From an uncultured Bacteroidota bacterium (GTDB lineage Bacteria > Bacteroidota > Bacteroidia > Flavobacteriales > BACL11): 64,000 bases of DNA. Each line of letters opens with the position of its first letter. Position 1 is the stretch's first letter. Both the position numbers and the translations under genes were made by a program. Shown one piece after another: positions 37,637 through 47,913 of the stretch. The stretch is from the NCBI GenBank assembly GCA_902533655.1, contig CACAMX010000001.1, positions 6,408-70,407 of the forward strand. Reading direction: 5' to 3'. A model generated the notes under the pieces. That model saw only the letters and a list, made by a program, of their open reading frames with translations, did not search any database and was not told the origin of the DNA.

Positions 37637-38830
37637 AAAATTTGATGATAGAGTTTTGCTTGGTAACCAAGAGTATATAATAGAGATTAAAATAAGTACA
37701 ACAATTAATTGCAATACTATTAACGGCTCGTAACTAATTGGGTAAGAATCTACTACTAAATTATCTTTCATTTTAATTAATGAAAATTTCAATTGTAAGA
37801 AGACAAATAAATGGGCCAAACCAACTCCAATTATGAGTCCCCTTACAAATTTTTTAACACTAACAAAAAAAAGTGCATCTTGAATTAACTTATTAGAAAA
37901 GCCTATTTTTTTTAGTGTTAGAAATTCTGATTTTTTTTCAATAAAAAACATATTTAAAAAGCCAATATGAGTGAAACTAGAAAGTAAAATAATCAACAGT
38001 AAAATAAAAAAAACAGCTAGCTTCTCGGAATTAATGACTTTAAATAAAAAATCTCTTTGCTGAAACTTATCTTTAATATAAAAAGAATTTTCATTTTTCT
38101 TTTTCAAATATTTTATGACTGTATTTAAATCTTTCTTGTTTTTTACCTTTAGCTCTATTGCAGAAATTAATTCGTTTTTTGAAAACAGTTTTTGTGCAAA
38201 TTCAATTTCAGAAATAGCAAACTCATTATCAACATCTGATGAAAATGAAAATATTTTATTAACAATAGCTTTATCTGTATTGTATGGTTTAACTCCAAAA
38301 GCCGAATTTATTTTAAAATTTGGATAAAAAAAACTTAAAGTTTTATTAAAGCTTTCATTTTGTATGCCAACATAATTTGCTAACCCTAAACCTAAAAAAA
38401 TTGTATTGTATGAATTGTTTTTATCGAAAGAAAAGTTTTCTTTCACAAAATCATTTATTTTAGTTACGTTTTCATAGTTTTTTGAAACTCCTTTTAAATT
38501 GGTAAGAAACTGTTTATTCTCATATTTAGCTAAAACCTTATTTTCAATTGTTAGGGCGTAATCAATTTTACTTGAATCAAGTTCTCCGAAATTAAAATCA
38601 CTTTTTGAGAAATAGGTTTGATTTTTAGATGTTACTTTAATATCGGGATCAAAATTACTATACATTTCTGAAAGTAAGTTTTCAAAGCCAGTAAAAATTG
38701 ACATTATTACAATTAACGAAAATGAACTAGCTGCTATTGAAATGCTTGAAACTTTTGAAATAAAATAAGAACTTGAACTTTTATTTTTGGAGTTAAAAAA
38801 TTTTTTTGATAAATAAAAGGCTTGTTTCAT
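37616..38830 (-). CDS. FtsX-like ABC transporter permease (LolC/E-like)
   Basis: 404 aa. N-terminal TM, a large periplasmic loop and three C-terminal TMs. rbfA-adjacent context. Confidence 0.7.
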   Translation of the reverse strand: MKQAFYLSKKFFNSKNKSSSSYFISKVSSISIAASSFSLIVIMSIFTGFENLLSEMYSNFDPDIKVTSKNQTYFSKSDFNFGELDSSKIDYALTIENKVLAKYENKQFLTNLKGVSKNYENVTKINDFVKENFSFDKNNSYNTIFLGLGLANYVGIQNESFNKTLSFFYPNFKINSAFGVKPYNTDKAIVNKIFSFSSDVDNEFAISEIEFAQKLFSKNELISAIELKVKNKKDLNTVIKYLKKKNENSFYIKDKFQQRDFLFKVINSEKLAVFFILLLIILLSSFTHIGFLNMFFIEKKSEFLTLKKIGFSNKLIQDALFFVSVKKFVRGLIIGVGLAHLFVFLQLKFSLIKMKDNLVVDSYPISYEPLIVLQLIVVLILISIIYSWLPSKTLSSNFLRKAEF

Positions 38831-38831
38831 T

Positions 38832-39173
38832 TTATTTTTTGATAAGTTCTTCTATTTCATTTGAAAATTCAGCTGAATCATCCAAAAAGAATATCAATTT
38901 TGGAACTTTTCTAAATTGATTTTTAATTCTACTTCCTAATTTGCCTCTGATAAATTGTTTATTATTATTTATTCCTCTAATGAACTCATTGGGTTTTTCC
39001 AATGGAAAAACACTTAAAAAAACTCTTGCTTCAGAGAAATCTGGTGTGATTCTAACAGTTGTTACGCTAATTATGATTCCAGAAAATTGATTAGTTAAAT
39101 CAATATTAAAAACATTTGACAATTCCTTTTGGATTAATCTCGATACTTTACTCACTCTGTTGTTTAATTGCAT
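38832..39173 (-). CDS. rbfA: Ribosome-binding factor A
   Basis: 113 aa. RVSKVSRLIQKELS and VTTVRITPDFSEARVF motifs. Confidence 0.9.
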   Translation of the reverse strand: MQLNNRVSKVSRLIQKELSNVFNIDLTNQFSGIIISVTTVRITPDFSEARVFLSVFPLEKPNEFIRGINNNKQFIRGKLGSRIKNQFRKVPKLIFFLDDSAEFSNEIEELIKK

Positions 39174-39228
39174 TTTGCAATAATAATAATTTGTTTACGT
39201 TATTCCTACCATTAATTATCTTTGTAGA

Positions 39229-41055
39229 GTGAAAAATTTATTGAAATTTTTAAGCTATCTAAAAGTTTACAAAGCTTATTGTATTTTGAATGTGTTTTTT
39301 AATGCACTATCATCAGTCTTCTCTTTGGTATCATTCACAATGATTATACCATTTTTAGGTGTTTTATTTGGAACACAAGAAAGTGTAATTAACCCGCCTG
39401 AAATTATAAATAGCATTGAAAGTGTCAAAAACCTTTTTTATTATCAAATAAGTCACACAATTGAATCCAGTGGAAGTGCTAAAGCACTAATTTTAATTTG
39501 CTTAGTAATTTTAATATGCTTTTTGTTCCGTAACCTTTTTAGATATTTAGCACTATATTTTATGGTTCCAATAAGAAATGGAGTTATAAATGATATTCGA
39601 GTTGTAATTAACAAAAAATTACTTTCAATTCCCATAAAATCGATTAAAACAAGAAAAAAGGGAGATCTTCTTTCTAGAATTTCTAATGATTTAATTGAAA
39701 TAGAATGGTCAATTATGAGCACTTTAGAAATGTTATTTAAAGACCCCATCACAATAATTATTTTTTTGATTGCGTTATTAGCATTAAGTTTTAAATTAAC
39801 ATTGCTTGTAATAATAATGTTTCCAGTTGTAGGATTTATAATTGGATACATTGGCAAGCAATTGCAAAAAGATTCAGACAAAGTTCAAAATCAAATGGGT
39901 AAAATTATGAGTAAGGCAGATGAAACCTTGTCAGGAATTAGAACCATTAAATCATTAAACATAAGTAAACATATACATTCGATTTTTTCAATTGAAAGTA
40001 AAAAATATAGGCAGCTTATGAACTCTTTACTGAGAAAAAAAGACTTGTCCTCTCCTATGAGTGAGTTCTTAAGCACTATTGTATTGGTAATTGTTTTGCT
40101 TATTGGTGGAAACATGGTTTTAAACACTAAATCTGAAATTCTAGCTCAAGAATTTATTGGCTTTGTTCTAATTTTTTCTCAATTAATTCCTCCAGCTAAA
40201 TCTCTCACATCTTCATTTTACAGCATAAAAAAAGGAAATGCGGCTTCAAAAAGAGTATTTGAAATCATTAATTTAAAAGATGAAGTTAACGTTAAAGACT
40301 CAAAGAAAAAAATTAAAAATTTTAATTATTTAGAGTTTAAGGACGTTCATTTTAGCCACGATAATAATAAAGTTTTAAATGGTACTTCTTTCAGAATTAA
40401 TAAAGGAGAAAATATTGCCATAGTTGGATACTCAGGATCAGGAAAAACGACTATTTGTGATTTAATTAACAGATTATATAATTTTGATAGTGGTGAAATT
40501 TATATTAATAAAGAAAAGTTAAGTAAATATGAAATCAGTTCAATTAGGGAATTTTTTGGAAGTGTAGATCAAGTACCGTTCTTGTTCAACGACACAATAT
40601 TTAACAACATTTTTCTCGGTAATCTAAATGCAAAAAACAATGATGTGATTAAAGCTGCAAAGGATTCTTACTCATATAATTTCATTAAAAAACTACCTGA
40701 AAAATTTAATTTTAATGTGGGAGACAAAGGAAACAATTTGTCTCAAGGAGAAAAGCAAAGGATATGTATTGCTAGAACTTTGATTCAAAATCCTGAATTT
40801 TTAATACTTGACGAAGCAACTTCATCCCTTGATGCTGACTCCACTGAATACATTAACTTGGCTATTCAAAGTATTATGAAAGGTAGAACGTGCTTAATAA
40901 TAACCCATAATCTAAATACAATAAAAAATTGTGATAAAATTTTGATTCTCGACAAAGGAAGAATAGTTGATTCAGGCACTCACAATAAACTTTTGAAAAA
41001 CAGTGAAATTTATTGTAACTTATTTGAAAAGTTTACTAAAACATCAGTAAAGTAA
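39229..41055 (+). CDS. ABC transporter permease/ATP-binding fusion protein (MsbA-like exporter)
   Basis: 608 aa. Six-TM domain, then Walker A GYSGSGKTT, signature LSQGEKQR and Walker B LILDEATSSLD. GTG start. Confidence 0.9.
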   Translation: MKNLLKFLSYLKVYKAYCILNVFFNALSSVFSLVSFTMIIPFLGVLFGTQESVINPPEIINSIESVKNLFYYQISHTIESSGSAKALILICLVILICFLFRNLFRYLALYFMVPIRNGVINDIRVVINKKLLSIPIKSIKTRKKGDLLSRISNDLIEIEWSIMSTLEMLFKDPITIIIFLIALLALSFKLTLLVIIMFPVVGFIIGYIGKQLQKDSDKVQNQMGKIMSKADETLSGIRTIKSLNISKHIHSIFSIESKKYRQLMNSLLRKKDLSSPMSEFLSTIVLVIVLLIGGNMVLNTKSEILAQEFIGFVLIFSQLIPPAKSLTSSFYSIKKGNAASKRVFEIINLKDEVNVKDSKKKIKNFNYLEFKDVHFSHDNNKVLNGTSFRINKGENIAIVGYSGSGKTTICDLINRLYNFDSGEIYINKEKLSKYEISSIREFFGSVDQVPFLFNDTIFNNIFLGNLNAKNNDVIKAAKDSYSYNFIKKLPEKFNFNVGDKGNNLSQGEKQRICIARTLIQNPEFLILDEATSSLDADSTEYINLAIQSIMKGRTCLIITHNLNTIKNCDKILILDKGRIVDSGTHNKLLKNSEIYCNLFEKFTKTSVK

Positions 41056-42210
41056 ATTATCATAAGGCCAACGCCTTACATGTATATTCTTTATGTAAGA
41101 ATATAAAAAGTTTCTAAGCTCTATGATGTCATTTTTGTTTAAAGCTGAGATAAAAAAAACATTTTTGTTTTGCTTACTTATCCATGTTTGTCTTAAATCG
41201 TCAATTGATAAATTATCTTTTGTTGGAGGTGTTAAATCATCAATATCTTTCTCAATAAAACTGTATTGATCAACTTTGTTAAATATTAACATTATAGGCT
41301 TATCTACTACTCCAAGTTCGTCCAAGGTTTGATTAACAGTGTTCATATGCTCCTCAAAATTTTTATTTGAAATATCCACAACATGTATTAGTAAGTCTGA
41401 TTCTTTAACCTCATCTAATGTTGATTTAAATGATTCGATGAGTTGATGAGGTAGTTTTCTAATAAAACCTACAGTATCTGATAGCAAAAATGGTAGGTTT
41501 TTTACAACAACCTTTCTAACTGTTGTATCTAGAGTAGCAAATAGCTTGTTCTCTGTAAGAACATCTGACTTGCTTAACTTATTCATTATTGTTGATTTAC
41601 CTGCATTTGTGTAACCAACTAATGATACTCTGACCAATCTAGCTCTTCTCTTCCTCTGTGTATTTTTTTGTTTATCAATTTTAATCAATCTTTTTTTTAG
41701 CAAGGAAATTTTATCTTTTATAATTCTTCTGTCTGTTTCAATTTGAGTTTCTCCCGGTCCTCTCATTCCAATACCTCCTTTCTGACGCTCTAAATGTGTC
41801 CACATTCTAGTAAGTCTGGGTAATAAATACTCATATTGAGCAAGTTCTACTTGTGTTTTTGCGGTAGCTGTTTGTGCTCTCTTTGCAAAAATGTCAAGAA
41901 TTAAATTGCTCCGATCTAAAATTTTAATTTTAAAATAATTTTCAATATTTCTTAGCTGAGTGGCTGATAAATCGTCATCAAATATTAATAAATCGACCAC
42001 ATTTGAATTAATATAATCTAAGATAATCTTAAGTTTTCCCTTGCCTAAAAAAGTGCTAGTATTAGGTGACTGAAGCTTTTGAGTAAATTGCTTCACAACA
42101 TTTGCTCCACAAGTCTTTGCTAGAAACTCAAGTTCTGACAGGTTTTGGTCTACAGTATCAGTATCATCATTGGATAAGACTAGTCCAATAATAACTGCAT
42201 TCTCTGTCAT
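41044..42210 (-). CDS. hflX: GTPase HflX
   Basis: 388 aa. Motifs GYTNAGKST, DTVGFI and NKVD, plus the HflX N-domain. Confidence 0.9.
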   Translation of the reverse strand: MTENAVIIGLVLSNDDTDTVDQNLSELEFLAKTCGANVVKQFTQKLQSPNTSTFLGKGKLKIILDYINSNVVDLLIFDDDLSATQLRNIENYFKIKILDRSNLILDIFAKRAQTATAKTQVELAQYEYLLPRLTRMWTHLERQKGGIGMRGPGETQIETDRRIIKDKISLLKKRLIKIDKQKNTQRKRRARLVRVSLVGYTNAGKSTIMNKLSKSDVLTENKLFATLDTTVRKVVVKNLPFLLSDTVGFIRKLPHQLIESFKSTLDEVKESDLLIHVVDISNKNFEEHMNTVNQTLDELGVVDKPIMLIFNKVDQYSFIEKDIDDLTPPTKDNLSIDDLRQTWISKQNKNVFFISALNKNDIIELRNFLYSYIKNIHVRRWPYDNLLY

Positions 42211-42216
42211 TTTTAA

Positions 42217-42582
42217 TTACTTATTTTTTCTTGCCTGTATAAAGCTTTTTACAAATGTAGTAATAGCTATTATGCCTGTAATAATCATTAATAATATTCT
42301 GATGACAGATGCACCTCTTTCATCTGCAATTGCTGCTTTTAAAGGCATAGATAGACCTAGTAATGCTATCAAAGTAATTAAAACAGCAACGTGAGCAACT
42401 GTCTTATTTTCTTTTTTTATTCCTCCATTGCACAAGAGCAAAATCACACCAAAAATTAGTGGGATAAATGCAGTAAATGATTGACTAGGCTTTTCTGGTG
42501 TTGCTTCAAAAGCTAGAAATGCCCAAATTGGCATGATTATTAAAGTAATACTGTTTAGTAAGTTGGCTTGATGTGTTTTCAT
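42217..42582 (-). CDS. Hypothetical membrane protein (four TM segments)
   Basis: I prefer ATG 42582 (MKTHQANLL...). The ORF-track start at 42609 is TTG. No recognisable family. Confidence 0.5.
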   Translation of the reverse strand: MKTHQANLLNSITLIIMPIWAFLAFEATPEKPSQSFTAFIPLIFGVILLLCNGGIKKENKTVAHVAVLITLIALLGLSMPLKAAIADERGASVIRILLMIITGIIAITTFVKSFIQARKNK

Positions 42583-42652
42583 TTTATTTTTTATAGTGCA
42601 AAGAAACAAATAAAAAACAATAAAAATTTGGTAATTTCACAACAGTTTATTT

Positions 42653-45652
42653 ATGAAAACAGTCTCTTCACTTCTTATTTTTATATTTAGCATATCAATT
42701 TGCTTATGTCAAGAAACTTTCCCAATAAACGGAGTTGAAAATAATTATAAATCTCCAATAGCGTTTATTAATGCAAAAATCCACCAAAGTTCATCTAAAG
42801 TTATTGAGAATGGAATGATGTTAATTCAAGATGGAAAAATATTAAGTATTGGAGATAGTATCTTCATACCAAAAAATGCTATAATTAAAGATTTAAATGG
42901 GGATTTTATTTACCCCTCTTTTATTGAACTAATTTCAGATTTTGGCATTGAAACTCCAGCAAAAACTAAATTCAGTTATACCCCACAATACGAAAGTAAA
43001 AAAACTGGTCCATATCATTGGAATCAAAGTATAAAGCCAGAAGTTAATGCTTCGAGCATATATAAATATGATGAGGATGATGCTACAAAATACATTAACA
43101 ACGGATTTGGAATGGTTCTTTCTCATCAAAATGATGGTATTTTTAGAGGAACCGGAGCTCTAGTAGCTATTTCTGACAAAAGACAAAATCAAACAATAAT
43201 TGAAGATAAAGCAGCTACATTCTACTCCTTTTCTAAAGGAGTTTCTCGTCAAAGGTATCCTACATCTCTTATGGGAAGCATTGCTTTGTTTAAACAAACT
43301 TTACTGGATGCTCAATGGTACGAACAAACAAATAAAAAAGAATTAAACCTTTCTCTGAAAAGTTATAATCAAAATAAATTTTTGCCAAAGATTTTTATTC
43401 TAAATAATGAAACAGATTATTACAGACTTTTTTCAATTGCTGATGAATTTGAAATAGATTTTATTGTTAAAGGTAATGGCAAAGAATTTGCAGTTAGTGA
43501 CCAATTAAAAAATTATAATTTTCCTTTAGTTATTCCTCTTAACTTTCCAAACGCTTATGATATTTCAAATCCTGTTTACACAGATTGGTTGAGCTTAAAA
43601 AAACTTAAAGAATGGGAGCTAGCTCCATATAATTTAAATATTATAACAAAAAATAAAATTCCATTTGCAATTACATCATCAGATTTAAAAAACAAAAAAG
43701 ATTTTTTAAAAAACCTTCGCATTGCTGTAAATCACGGTTTGAGTAAAGAAGATGCATTAAGAGCATTAACAAAAACACCAGCAAAATTAATTAATAAGTA
43801 CCATTTAATTGGATCTATTGAGGTAGGTAAAATAGCCAACTTTATTATCTGTTCAGATGACATATTTATTGACGGAGAAATTTATGAGAACTGGATTTAT
43901 GGAGAAAGAAATGTAATAAATGAAAAGATCAATGAGGATATAAGAGGATACTACACATTTAGTTCAACAAACCTTGAGGAACTGTTTGTTGAAATTAATG
44001 GTGACATTAACAAACCAAAAATTAAGATACCGACTCTTGACTCCTCATGGATGTGCACTAGTCTGAAATACAACAAACTTACTTTATTTAGTAAACATAT
44101 TTCGTTTAGAGCTGTTTGCAAGATTGAAAATGGTTTTGGAGAAGGAAGAGCTCAGATGATTGATGGAACAACAATAGATTTTGTTCTAACTAAAGACTCA
44201 TCTATAGTTATCAAAAACAAAAGGACTAATAATTCAACTGTAGATACCGTTCCTCCTAAACAACTAAAACCAAATGTTTCTTATGGCTTTGAAAAACTTC
44301 CAAAAAAAATTGATGTAGTTCTAAAAAACGGCACAGTTTGGACAAACGAAAAGCCAGGTATTTTAAATAGTACAGATATTGCATTCAGTAATGGTAAAAT
44401 TGTTTTTATTGGTAAAAATATTATTCTTTCAGATGTTTTTAGCGATACTACCTCTGTTCAAATAATTGATGCTGCAGGAAAACATATAACTTCTGGAATT
44501 ATTGATGAACATTCACATATTGCTATTTCAAGAGGTGTAAATGAAAGTAGCCAATCTGTGACAGCAGAGGTTAGTATTGGAGATGTGATAAATGCAAATG
44601 ACATTAATATATATAGACAATTAGCAGGAGGTGTGACAGCTGCACAGTTGTTGCACGGGTCAGCAAATCCAATAGGCGGTCAATCTGCACTTGTTAAAAT
44701 GAGGTGGGGTAGCTTATCAGATGAAATGAAGATAAAGTCAGATGTGGGTTTTATAAAATTTGCTTTGGGTGAAAACGTAAAGCAAAGTAATTGGGGAGCG
44801 TTTAATACGTTTAGATTTCCTCAAACTAGAATGGGCGTTGAACAGGTTTTCTATGATGCATTTTTTAGAGCAAAAAACTATAAAAAGGTGTGGGATGAAT
44901 ACAACAAACTTTCCTTGCGGAAAAAAAGAAATACCCCACCACCAAGAGAGGATCTAGAGTTAAATGTTCTCTCAGAAATATTAGATAAGAAAAGATTTAT
45001 AACATGCCATTCATATGTGCAATCTGAAATTAATATGCTAATGCATGTTGGAGACTCAATGGGCTTTACTGTTAATACTTTTACACATATACTAGAGGGG
45101 TATAAATTAGCTGATAAAATGAAAAAACACGGAGCAGGAGGATCAACTTTTTCTGATTGGTGGGCATACAAGTTTGAAGTTAATGATGCTATCCCTCATA
45201 ATGCTGCACTATTAAACAACGCCGGAGTTATCACTGCAATTAATTCTGACAATGCAGAAATGGGAAGAAGATTAAATCATGAAGCTGCAAAAGCTATCAA
45301 ATATGGTGGTGTTAGTAAAGAAGATGCATGGAAGATGATAACTCTCAATCCAGCAAAACTTCTAAAACTTGACAAAAGAATGGGTAGTCTTAAAGTTGGA
45401 AAGGACGCAGATATCGTCATATGGTCTGAGGAGCCATTATCAATTTATGCACAAGTTGAGAGCACTTTTGTTGATGGAAGACTTTTATTTGATAAGACGT
45501 CTAATGAAAAATTAATTAACAGAGATAGAAATGAAAAAGCAAGACTAATTTCTAAAATGGCTACTTCAATAGGTAAAAAACAAAAAATTAAATTTGAAAA
45601 AGAAGAACTATATCATTGTTGTAAACACAGAGCAATTAACTATTATGAATAA
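42653..45652 (+). CDS. Large secreted amidohydrolase-family protein (two-module)
   Basis: 999 aa with a signal peptide. The N-module carries FIYPSFIELISDFG, with no HxH. The C-module carries SGIIDEHSHIA (HxH metal motif) and GKDADIVIW. Confidence 0.8.
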   Translation: MKTVSSLLIFIFSISICLCQETFPINGVENNYKSPIAFINAKIHQSSSKVIENGMMLIQDGKILSIGDSIFIPKNAIIKDLNGDFIYPSFIELISDFGIETPAKTKFSYTPQYESKKTGPYHWNQSIKPEVNASSIYKYDEDDATKYINNGFGMVLSHQNDGIFRGTGALVAISDKRQNQTIIEDKAATFYSFSKGVSRQRYPTSLMGSIALFKQTLLDAQWYEQTNKKELNLSLKSYNQNKFLPKIFILNNETDYYRLFSIADEFEIDFIVKGNGKEFAVSDQLKNYNFPLVIPLNFPNAYDISNPVYTDWLSLKKLKEWELAPYNLNIITKNKIPFAITSSDLKNKKDFLKNLRIAVNHGLSKEDALRALTKTPAKLINKYHLIGSIEVGKIANFIICSDDIFIDGEIYENWIYGERNVINEKINEDIRGYYTFSSTNLEELFVEINGDINKPKIKIPTLDSSWMCTSLKYNKLTLFSKHISFRAVCKIENGFGEGRAQMIDGTTIDFVLTKDSSIVIKNKRTNNSTVDTVPPKQLKPNVSYGFEKLPKKIDVVLKNGTVWTNEKPGILNSTDIAFSNGKIVFIGKNIILSDVFSDTTSVQIIDAAGKHITSGIIDEHSHIAISRGVNESSQSVTAEVSIGDVINANDINIYRQLAGGVTAAQLLHGSANPIGGQSALVKMRWGSLSDEMKIKSDVGFIKFALGENVKQSNWGAFNTFRFPQTRMGVEQVFYDAFFRAKNYKKVWDEYNKLSLRKKRNTPPPREDLELNVLSEILDKKRFITCHSYVQSEINMLMHVGDSMGFTVNTFTHILEGYKLADKMKKHGAGGSTFSDWWAYKFEVNDAIPHNAALLNNAGVITAINSDNAEMGRRLNHEAAKAIKYGGVSKEDAWKMITLNPAKLLKLDKRMGSLKVGKDADIVIWSEEPLSIYAQVESTFVDGRLLFDKTSNEKLINRDRNEKARLISKMATSIGKKQKIKFEKEELYHCCKHRAINYYE

Positions 45653-46904
45653 AAATTTATTTTTTTCTATACTTATATTTTTACCCTTGATTTCACTAGG
45701 TCAAAAAAGAACACTTTTAATTGGAGGAACAGCTTATGTTGGGAACGGTGAAAAAATAGAAAACTCTGTTATTTGTATTGAAGGTGAAATAATTGATTTT
45801 ATTGCAAATAGTTCTGAAATTAAAATTGATCCAACTGCATTTGATACAATAATCAGACTACATGGCAAATTTATATATCCATCATTTATTTTACCAAACT
45901 CTAGGTTGGGTATTACCGAAATAGATGCTGTACGTGCAACTCATGACTATAGAGAAGTTGGTTCATTTAACCCTCACGTCAGAACTAAAATTGCATATAA
46001 CACCGATTCTAAAATCATAGGAACTCTAAGGACTAATGGAATTCTAGTCAGTCAAGTGGCTCCGATAGGTGGTTTATTTTCTGGACAATCCTCTGTTTTT
46101 TATCTTGATGGAAATAACTGGGAGAATGCAGTATGCAAGTCTGATGATGGTATTCATTTGAACTGGCCAAAATCATATAATAAAAGTGGTTGGTGGGCTG
46201 AACCTGGGGAAAGTAAAAAAAATAAAGAATACCAACAAAAAGTTTTAAAAGTTGAGGATTATTTAGATAAAGCATTATCTTATTTTAATAAAAACGGAGA
46301 AAAAATTGATATAAAAATGGAAAGCATGAAAGGTCTGTTTGATGGAAGTAAAACACTATATGTACACGCTGACTATTACACAGAAATTACTGATGCTATT
46401 CATTTACTCAAAAAGAAAAAAATCAAAAAAATAGTTTTGGTTGGAGGTGAAGAGGCTTTGAAGGCTAAGAACATTATAAAAAATAATAATATAAAAGTAA
46501 TTTTAAATCGTGTACATAGGCTTCCTAGTAAAGTTGGTTCATCAATTTATGAACCATATACTCAAGCAAAACTGTTGCATGAAAATGAAATTTTATTTTG
46601 TTTTAGCTATGAGGGAGATATGGAAGTAATGGGTTCAAGAAACCTTCCATTTACCGCAGGTACATCTGTTGCGTATGGTCTAGATTATAACATCGCAGTA
46701 AAATCACTGACTCTTAATGCTGCAAAAATATTAGGAATTGATAATAAGTTAGGGTCTTTGGAAGCTGGAAAAGATGCAACATTTTTCATCTCTGATGGTG
46801 ATGCATTAGACATAATATCTAATAATTTGTTCCTTGCATATATTAAAGGAAAGGCTATTAAGCTAACTAACCATCAAACTGAACTTTATGAAAAGTATAA
46901 ATAG
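45645..46904 (+). CDS. Secreted amidohydrolase-like protein lacking the HxH motif
   Basis: About 419 aa from ATG 45645, which overlaps the upstream stop by 8 nt. Signal peptide. FIYPSFILPNSRLG stands in place of the D-x-H-x-H motif. C-terminal GKDATFFISDGD. Confidence 0.75.
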   Translation: MNKNLFFSILIFLPLISLGQKRTLLIGGTAYVGNGEKIENSVICIEGEIIDFIANSSEIKIDPTAFDTIIRLHGKFIYPSFILPNSRLGITEIDAVRATHDYREVGSFNPHVRTKIAYNTDSKIIGTLRTNGILVSQVAPIGGLFSGQSSVFYLDGNNWENAVCKSDDGIHLNWPKSYNKSGWWAEPGESKKNKEYQQKVLKVEDYLDKALSYFNKNGEKIDIKMESMKGLFDGSKTLYVHADYYTEITDAIHLLKKKKIKKIVLVGGEEALKAKNIIKNNNIKVILNRVHRLPSKVGSSIYEPYTQAKLLHENEILFCFSYEGDMEVMGSRNLPFTAGTSVAYGLDYNIAVKSLTLNAAKILGIDNKLGSLEAGKDATFFISDGDALDIISNNLFLAYIKGKAIKLTNHQTELYEKYK

Positions 46905-46905
46905 G

Positions 46906-47874
46906 TTAATATCCAATATTTTTTCTAACTCTATCTAAAACTGTAGTAGCTATTTGATTTGCTTTTTCAGCGCCTTTAATAAGCTCCTGCTCGATTAAAC
47001 TTTGATTATTGATATAATGATTATATAGCTTTCTTTGTGATTTATACTTTTCTAGTATAACTTCAAAAAGGTCGTTTTTTGCATGACCATACCCGTATCC
47101 ACCGTTTCTATATTTTTTATCTAGTTCCAAAACGTCACTTTTATCAGCTATTGTTTCGTATAGTTTAAAAACTGTACAATTATCTGGGTTCTTAGGATCA
47201 TCAACAGAAATGGTGTCTGTTACAATTGACATAATTTGCTTCTTTAGTTTTTTTTCTGGTAAAAAAATATCAATAAAATTGCTATATGACTTACTCATTT
47301 TTTGACCATCAGTTCCTGGCACTATCATTACTTTTTTATCAATTTTTTCTTCTGGTACTATTAGAGAATTTGGAAATTTATGATTAAATGAGTTCGCAAT
47401 ATCTCTGGTTATTTCTAGATGTTGTTTTTGATCTTTTCCAACCGGTACAATATTTGCATCATACAATAATATATCTGCAGCCATTAGAACAGGATAAGTA
47501 AACAATCCTGCATTTATCTCTGAAAGTTTATCAGACTTATCTTTAAAAGAATGAGAATTTGCCAACATTGGATATGGTGTAAAACAACTTAAATACCAAG
47601 AAAGTTCACATACTTTAGTTACATCTGATTGCCTATAAAAAATATTTTTATCTGTATCAAAGCCAAAAGCTAGCCAACAAGCGGCTGTGCTATATGTATT
47701 TTTTTTTAACAATTGCTTGTCTTTTATTGTTGTAAATGAATGTAAGTCTGCAATGAAAAATAAACTTTGATTTTTTGTGTCTAAAGAAAGTTTAATAGCA
47801 GGAATTATTGCGCCTAAAATGTTTCCTAAGTGCGGTGTTCCTGTACTTTGAATACCTGTTAAAATTCTTGCCAT
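46906..47874 (-). CDS. trpS: Tryptophan--tRNA ligase
   Basis: 322 aa with TPHLGN (HIGH-like) and KMSKS. Confidence 0.95.
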   Translation of the reverse strand: MARILTGIQSTGTPHLGNILGAIIPAIKLSLDTKNQSLFFIADLHSFTTIKDKQLLKKNTYSTAACWLAFGFDTDKNIFYRQSDVTKVCELSWYLSCFTPYPMLANSHSFKDKSDKLSEINAGLFTYPVLMAADILLYDANIVPVGKDQKQHLEITRDIANSFNHKFPNSLIVPEEKIDKKVMIVPGTDGQKMSKSYSNFIDIFLPEKKLKKQIMSIVTDTISVDDPKNPDNCTVFKLYETIADKSDVLELDKKYRNGGYGYGHAKNDLFEVILEKYKSQRKLYNHYINNQSLIEQELIKGAEKANQIATTVLDRVRKNIGY

Positions 47875-47913
47875 TGTCTTTCTTCAAAAATAGTAGATTT
47901 TTATATTTGTACT

